A DNA stretch of 55,191 bases, filler included, from Basidioascus undulatus (Eukaryota), in NCBI GenBank assembly GCA_000826855.1. It is 3 parts of 3 records of this genome, joined end to end, with 100 filler letters (N's around TTAATTAATTAA, not from the genome) between each part and the next. Parts side by side here need not be neighbours in the genome. Positions count along the whole stretch, not along the records: positions 36,855 to 55,191 come from JTLS01000471.1; 2 more parts are not named here. One strand, 5' to 3'. Below are positions 47,660 to 55,191 of this stretch, piece after piece. A program made the position numbers and the translations under genes. Under the pieces are notes generated by a model. That model made no database searches, was not told the origin of the DNA, and saw only the letters and a list, made by a program, of their open reading frames with translations. Position 1 is the stretch's first letter. Each line of letters begins with the position of its first letter.

Positions 47660-50645
47660 TCACTGCTCGTACGCCGGGTTAAACTGCCGCTCTTGGACGA
47701 AGCGCAGGAGGTCGTCGTCGCTCATGCTCCGCAGCGCGCGCGCCTTGTCGTCCTCGCCGTCGACGCCGTCCTTCTGCGCGGCGCGGATGACCGCGCGCGC
47801 GATGAGCGCCGAGATGTCGCGGATCCTGGATGCGTCGGTTCTAGACGTGTAAGAGGGACGGGATGCATAGTGTGATGGGGGTTTGCGGGGAGGGAAGGGA
47901 GTGGGAGGGGGGTACGGACTGGGTCAGACGAGGGTAGAGAAGGCCTGCGGAAGTCTCTTCGGCGTTGAGAGACTCCGAGAGCGCGGTGGCGGACGCTTCG
48001 ACCATTCGGTCCGTGACCTCCTTCGAGTGGCTGAGGATCGCACCGAGGCCTGTCGACGCCAGCCAAACCAGGATGTCAGCAAGGGAAGAGGAAAGGGGGA
48101 CACAAGGAGAAGACGCACCGAGACCTGGGAAGACATACATATTATTACCCTGGTTGCCCTCGATCGTCCGGCCATCGGGGGCCGTCGCAGGCGCGAACGG
48201 CGAGCCAGACGCAAAGATGACCTTGCCGTCTGTCCACTCGACCGCTTGGGCGAGGGAGCACTCGGAGAGGTGGACGCTGTTCCCGTGCCAACCTCATTAA
48301 CACTCTGAAGACCAAAGCCGGGACAGAATAAAGGAGAGACAGCAGTGGAAAGCAGGAGTATAAAGTGGAAGAGGGGAGACGCACGGGTTCGACAGCGGGA
48401 AGACGATCGGCCTTGGGTTGATCTCGGCCATCTTGCGCACGACGGTCTCGTCGAACGCGCCGGCGACGGTGGACAGGCCGATGAGCGCCGTCGGGCGCAC
48501 GTGCTCGATGATCTCGAGCAGCGTCTTGAGCTGCGGACTGTCGCCCGCCGGGCGCGAGAAGATCTTCTTGTGTTCCGCCATCTTGTCGCCGCGGTCGTCG
48601 GTGACGAGACCCTATGGCACACCCACCCAGCCAGGAGTCACCTCAGCGTTTTGGTCCTGGGTGGATGAGAATTAGAAGAGAAAAGGGATGCGCACCTTGG
48701 TGTCAACAAGGTAGAACCGCCGCTTGGCCTCCTCTGCGCTCATCCCGCCGTTCGTGAAGAACGCGGCGAGCTGCTGGGCGACGCCGACGCCCGCGGAGCC
48801 CGCGCCGAGGAAGACGATGCGCTGGTCAAGCAGCTCGCGGCTGGAGGCGGCGGCGGAGAGCTTAGCGCTGCGGGAATTCCCATTCAGGTCAGTTCGGGGC
48901 CGGGCTGGGGGCTCGGGAAGGGAGGAGGAAGAAAAGACCCACGCATTGATGAACCCACCCAGGATGACGCTCCCCGTCCCCTGAATATCATCGTTGAACA
49001 CGCTGCCGTCCCAGCACTCCTATCAGACACTCCAAAAGCAACAGCGCACAACGAATGAAACGCACCGCCCGCCGAACTTCTCTCCCGTAGAGGGGGAGGT
49101 GATAGCCTTCTCAGGTGCGGCGGAGCGGTAGCGCGCGAGGTAGCGGAACGCGTTGTCGGTGGAGAAGTCCTCGAACTGGATGTGCATGCGCGGGAAGACG
49201 GCACGCGCGGCGGTGTAGAATTCGTCCATGAACTGCGCGGGCGGGGACAGGGGGCATAGCGAGGTGTCAGTACGGCTGAGTTTTCAGAGAGTTGATGTGT
49301 GGTGCTGAAAGAGGCAGAGAGAAGGAAGAGAAAGTGAAGAGAAGGCGAGGGGAGGGCGAGGGGATGGGGAAGTGTGGGGCTTATGCAGGGCATGTGGAGA
49401 AGGGCGCGGGGGCGCGCGCAGAGATGCGGGGGAGAGGATATCAAAGTGCAGCGGCAGCGACTCGCGGCTTCATGCCCGAGTGAGGAAAAGAAAAGCAACA
49501 GAGCAGGGAATTCAAAGGCGACAAAAAAAATGCTAAAAATTGCGGGAGACCAGGGGGAATGCCAGAAGACCCACCTCGTCCATCTCCGCCTGCGAAATGC
49601 GCTTCTGGCGCAGACCCATGTACAGCGCGTCGTTCAGGTTCGCCTCGTTGTTGGTGCCTGCGGGTATTCCCAAGTCAGTTTGAAGGGAGGCAGAGGGATG
49701 GGGAAGGAAAGGGGAAGTGGCTTGAAGTGCAAAGGTGAGAGAAGACGGAAAGAAGACGCACCGACGTCAAGAACGATAGGGAGGGTCGAGCTGGGACGAA
49801 TGCCAGCCGCCGCAATATACTGTTGGGTTTCTCGCTAAATGAGCAAACGACCAATGAAATACAGACAGAAAGCCATAAAGGGAAACAGAAGCTAGAAAAG
49901 CGCGACGCACCAAGCTGAGCTTTCCGACAGCGATCTGGTTCCCGCCCACGCCGAGGTCGCCGAGCCCCAAGATGCGGGAGCCGTCGGTGACGACTGCGAT
50001 ACGGACGTCCTGCGCGTCCGGCCAGTTGCGCATCACGTCCGCGAGGTGGCCCTTGTCTGCGTAGGAGAGGAAGAGGCAGTCGGGGCGGCGGTCTGTCCCG
50101 GCCGGGGGGATGGGTGTCAGATCTGAGATGGGACAGAGGGAGAGGGAAGGAGAATGGGGAATGGGGAAGTACAGATGTGGGAGTAGCGCTGGTGCGGGTT
50201 TGGGGGAAGGATGTTAGAAAGGGTGAGAGGGAGGGAAGGGAAGGGTGGGGAAGGGAGGCCTCACCTGGCAGGCTTCGCCAACTGTGGGCGTGTACACAAT
50301 CGGGCAGCACTCTTGCATGTTGTCGACGAGGAGGCGGTAGAAAAGCTTCGAGTTGGTCTGCCTCAGGGAGGAGAGGAAGATATATTTCTCAATCGGCGAG
50401 GGCTTTCCGCTATTCCGTCCACCCGTGTCGTCAGCCTCTGATTGAAAAAGGAGCGAAGTTGGGGGTGGGGAAGAGAAAGCGACGCACCGCAGCTGTCCCA
50501 GCGCGCGCTTCACCTGGGTGTCGATGCTCTCTACCACGGGCGGGACGAGGCCGCGGACCTTGTACGCCTCGCGGCGGGTGGTCGAGAAGCCTGCGTCCTC
50601 GTTGTAGGACGCGGAGCGGTGGAAGGGGACGGGGGAGGGCGCCAT
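47660..50645 (-). CDS. Malic enzyme (NAD(P)-dependent), multi-exon
   Basis: [67 protein letters not shown] and [14 protein letters not shown]. Stop TGA at 47662-47660. Confidence 0.95.
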
Positions 50646-51729
50646 GGCTCGGAGTGCTTTTGGGTGTAGGTGTGGGGGCGTGATTCTGCGTCTGAAGGAA
50701 GGGCGGAGGGGGCGCATGGATGAGCGTGAGGTTCAGAGAAGGACGCTGTGAAAGGCAAAGATGACGAGGAGCGTACGGACTGCGACTGCGAGAGACTGCA
50801 ACTGTCGCGGGTGGGGGTGCGGTTGAGTCACAGTCGCCCCAGTGAAGTCCCGCAGAGAATCACGCTCGACTGGGTACAGTACGAAGTAGACGGCTCGCGA
50901 CGCGACCCGGCATCGAGCGAGTCAAGGAACCGGGCAGACTCGCGAGACTCAACAATCATCATCATCATCAATACCCTCCCGAGAGCGCTCCCGATTCTTC
51001 CGCGCACGTCGATATACCCCGCCACACCATCTACAGCGCACTCACCTGACGATGGACTGGATGGGGGGAGCAGAGACCCAACCGGCTCGCTCTGATTCGT
51101 TTTGTTGGGGAAAGAGAAAGAGACAAAAAGCAAGCGCAACAAGCACGCCTGGGGGCTGGGGAGGCGTCTTCTCTCTCCGGCCAGAGCGGACACAGCTGCA
51201 CGCGAGCCATCAGCGCGGGAAAACCGGCGCGGACTGCACCGGAGCGGCTTCACCCGACCGCGCGGTGTCTGTGCTTCTAAGCCTGTTCTCATATGTATTT
51301 GCTTCGGGGACACGGGGCCGACGGTGATCTACAGCCTAAATGGGATGGGGGAGAAGGTAGGAGGAAAGGACAGCTGAGCAAGTCGAAACATCGGATGGGG
51401 AGAAGACGTTGCGTGTCGATTGCAGGCGTGTTATCGCGCGTCTTCATCGTTGCGCAATGTGGGCGATGATCTGCGACTTTCGCGAAACGAGCAGCTCTCT
51501 TTCACATGCTTCCCGCCTCCATGCGTCTTCTTTCGCTCGCTGTCGGCCGATAGGAGACCGGCCCGACGCACCGGCCGCTTACCGACGGCAGATACAGCAT
51601 GTGGAGGAAGGGGTCCGGCGGAACTCCGCGCCGGAGTTGAGCATGATGGAAAGGGGTTGATCCGGGCTGAGCGGAGCAGGGAGAAAATCGTGTGGGGCGA
51701 GGGGGGGTAGAGGAAGACGTTCAACGCAC

Positions 51730-51855
51730 ATTCGGGTCCCAGAGCGCGACGAGGCGCCCGGCGCCGTAGGCAACTAGCCCTTCCGGGCTGATGTCCGCTG
51801 CGTTGGAGGACCGGTTGCAGCCTGTCGATATGTAGGCTAGCGAGGCAGAAGCCAT
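51730..51855 (-). pseudogene. ELP2: Orphan first exon of Elongator subunit Elp2
   Basis: MASASLAYISTGCNRSSNAADISPEGLVAYGAGRLVALWDPN then a GTGCGT donor. It resembles the Elp2 N-terminus (yeast ...VAFGAGKTIALWDP, from memory). No further WD40 exons lie before the malic enzyme gene. Confidence 0.7.
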
Positions 51856-54800
51856 ACTGCTTGGTTGAGGTTTGGAGAGAAGACGTCGAGTTCCCTTCGC
51901 GCCGGATGCAATCAAAGGTGGGTGTGCACCGCGAAGCGTCCGCGGACTGGCCGCCTGCCCGAGCATCTAAATGTGCCAGGGTGTCAAGAAAAGACGAGTC
52001 CATGCAGCTTTATGAATGGGAACACAGCCACGTCAGAAACATATGCGGAAGAGTTGCCTTGTTGACACTTGTGTACTGTTTCCAGCCGCTACCTGAGCCT
52101 CCGGCCTCAAAGGACTGAACGCGTCGTCGCTCTGTGCACTTTTTGTAGGTGAAATGGAAATTGAACAACTTGATTTGAGGTGTCCCTAGGCTTGATACTT
52201 TTGGCCGAAGTCATGGCGGCAGCTGCCGTTCGGGCATAGGAATGGTAGAAGAAGAACTGCGAACGTTCTGGTCGTCAGTGCTCCAGCCGAGAAAAACAGT
52301 GGTCCCCTCCGGAAAGAACTGGATCAATCTCTACCAGTGGACGAGCCTGTCATTAGCACTCACAATGGTGTCCACGTCCAGGCTTGCTGCAGGTCGCCTC
52401 ACCTCATGCACGCACCTTCTCCTACAGCGACAAGACTTAAATCAGCTCTATTAGGCAAGTTTACATGCAAATCTTCGACTGACTGCAGGACATTCGTGTC
52501 CAACGGCAGGCACAGGTAGGCAATGAGACAACAGCGGTACGATACAGAAGGTGCGCAACAGCCAGACTCGAAGCGATAAAAAGAGGCCCCCTGGGCTGCT
52601 GGATGGTGATGAATTTTGGTGTAGAAGCTCTCAGATGAAGCGAGACGAGGACGGGTTTGGGAAGCCTGGGAAGCGATTCAAGGTCGTCGAAGTTTGAGCG
52701 GAGAATGGGATCCGGGAGGCGGTGAGTGTAGGAGGGAGACAGACGGGTCTTTCAGGCTGGAAGGATGTTTTCGGGCTTCCTGCACCTCCTCTCCCCTTCT
52801 CAGACCTGAGAAGCGGCCTGCAGTACTGCGAAGCTAGCGGTGCGCACCTGTTGACGATTCGGCCAGTGCTGTCCATCCGGCTACGACCCTCTCGGACTCT
52901 CAGTCTCACCCTTCCTTCCGCCTCGTCCCCCTTGGACTTAAATATTTTCTTTGGCAGCGCACATTTTCACCTTGAAAGTCTCAGTCCGGGGGAAGTAGAG
53001 GATGTCCTGCCCCTCCTTTCTCCCGTTTAAGTGCTGCAGCGAGCGGCAGCGAGCAAAAGAGGACGCACGACAACGGTGCCCTTTCCCCAAGAGTCCTGTC
53101 CTTGCCTGAAGTACACCCGATGACCGCTGTAGGTATGTATCTTCATTAGCATCTCAGGCCCGCCTAGAGGTATTCAGACTCGCACATCATGATCTGTCCC
53201 GACGTCTCGCCAGCCTGGCCGCAAGCAGCCGGAATCAGATCCTCCTGCTAACGAAAAGAAGAGGTGCAGCGAAAAGAGACTCGCTGCATTCCCTGTGTAT
53301 CCGTCGTTGGAAGACATCAGTTAATGCTGAAGGGTGCAGCTTGACGAGGTGAGGTGGGGCAGAAAAGAGGAGCTCGGGGAGTTGGAGCCTGAAATGAGGA
53401 AACTGCCAGATTGATGATTGAACGACATCGAAGGGGCATGAGGGTGTTCTTGATTTCCTCCGATAACGGGGCCAAGTGCGCAACGAGCGATGGGCGGCGG
53501 GATCGCCGACGTCGTCGAAGCGGGTGCCGTCGCGGAAAGCGGGACCTGTAAACTCAACCTCAGTGAAAATAATTTATCCGCCTTCCTATTGTTGAGTCTG
53601 TGTAACTAGGCAGATTTCCTTTGCTTGAAGTCCTTGCACCAGCTATAGCAGGAGCGCTCGACAGAATGATAATGAAGGTGAAGCAGCACGGAGTGCCTGT
53701 AGAAGACGGCCCCGGCGGGAGGGCACCGTGGGAAGTAGCATGCACATTAACTGTCTCTCAATGCAAAAGCTTTATCGTCTGCTAGTACTGTAACAGAGCA
53801 ACTTGCCCGGAAGACAGTATGTTGCGTCCACACTTGAAACAAGAAATTCATGGTCTTGATTATGTCGTTACTCCTGAAACGCGAAACCCCACCCGACGCG
53901 TCCTGAGAACGCCTCTTCCTCTCTTGCCTCCCGCCTTCATCTCCCATCCTATCCTCGAGATTCGCGTAATGCTCTCCTCCGAAGCGCCACGCAAAACCCT
54001 TTAAAGCTCTATTCTTCCCTATCTCCGTCCGACCACCTCTGCGTTGCCTGCTGGCCGCTGCGGACTTTGATGCTGGACTCGAGTCTGAATGGTGCGTCAG
54101 TCTCACAATCTAGATTGGTCCTCTCTAGCCAGATATAATGAAATTCCGAGGCGGATAACAAGGTACTATGAGCAAGACAGTCGTTACACCCCCGCCGAGC
54201 TCGCAAGGGCCGACGGTCGCGCGGACTTAGGGAGGGCGACGACTTCCGTCCTCGTCATCCTCGTATAGCGGGATGTTGCACTTGTTACTCTCGAGCGCGA
54301 CGAGGACGCGGCGTGGGTGAAGGACAGTGCGAAGGCAGTTCTGGACTTTGCGGAGGGGCATGGCGACAAGGTCCGGGGTGAGTCGTGTCCTGAGGTGCGC
54401 GGGAGCAGACAGGCTGATTAATACGCACGCGAGAAGGGGAAACAGAGGAGGAATATTGGACGGACAGCATGAAGGCGCAGCTGCCGAAGTTGCGGGCGCT
54501 GCTGGAGGAGCTCGCGGTAGACTGTCCGGAGAGGAAGAAGCAGCGGACGAGCTGAGGGTCACTGTCGCATCGACTGATGCCGTGCGTTCTAAGAAGAGAG
54601 GATGGACGCATGTTTTTATCAATTCCACTCTGGCTGACTGTGCAACACCCGACATGGAACGCTTTCCCAGGCTGGGGACGATTACGCCTTGCGGTCTTGC
54701 ATTGCTTTGGAGACGCAGACACAGTCGCGCATGCACGCTGTACGCCAGGAATTGAGCTGCAAGTGCCATTCAGAAGTCGGATGACCGCACCAGTCGACAC

Positions 54801-55191
54801 CGCCGGTGTACTGCGAGAAGCGTGCAATTCAGCCTGAGCGTCACGGACGTCTTCGCCTTTGGAGTCGAAGAGACATGTACGCTAGGAGGACAGCGTGCTT
54901 GGGTGAGTAGGAGCCGACCAGAGGCTAGCGGTCTGTGTATGCCGATAGATCCCATGCGGACCCTTACACGTCTAGCAGCCAGTCTGTATGGCATGGCACG
55001 ATCACCCCCTATATCGTCAAGTCTTGCCCCTCCGCCAGCACGCTCAAAACGAGCTCCAAGAACTCCCTACCCCCGCCATCCACCCTCGCATCAGCGCACT
55101 CTTCATCCCTCCCCCAATCCCACAAGAAAGAAAGACCACGCACTCTTCATCTGTCCCCCCGACCTCGTCACTCGCCCTCACGCCCCTCGCC

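Noticed and set aside
52200..54800. Coding-like fragments on both strands
   Set aside because: Broken by many stops with no recognisable family; cannot support a call.

Overview
GC-rich, intron-dense fungal DNA. Donors such as GTGCGT/GTCCGT and the gene content suggest a basidiomycete, possibly Pucciniomycotina (inference). Two artificial 100-bp scaffold spacers are present. Apparently intact genes, in order: mitochondrial uL3 (5'-partial), an Aro80-type Zn2Cys6 regulator, a Dal5-family MFS permease, a DHDPS-family aldolase, a DAGK/sphingosine-kinase-like protein, a Scy1 pseudokinase, an SDR, a low-complexity RG-tailed protein, a TLC protein, an intron-containing tRNA-Ala(UGC), a Ulp2-type SUMO protease and a malic enzyme. 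Between them lie decayed genes (BTB, F-box, SDR), a CpG-depleted transposon-like relic and an orphan first exon of ELP2. The main finding is that the regulator, permease and aldolase are adjacent and each has the same CCGTnnnTARCCGG (CCG-N7-CCG) element upstream, in the same orientation relative to its gene. This spacing matches the site yeast Aro80 binds and points to a self-regulating three-gene uptake/catabolism cluster with an unknown substrate. Gene models were read by eye, so internal exon boundaries are approximate.
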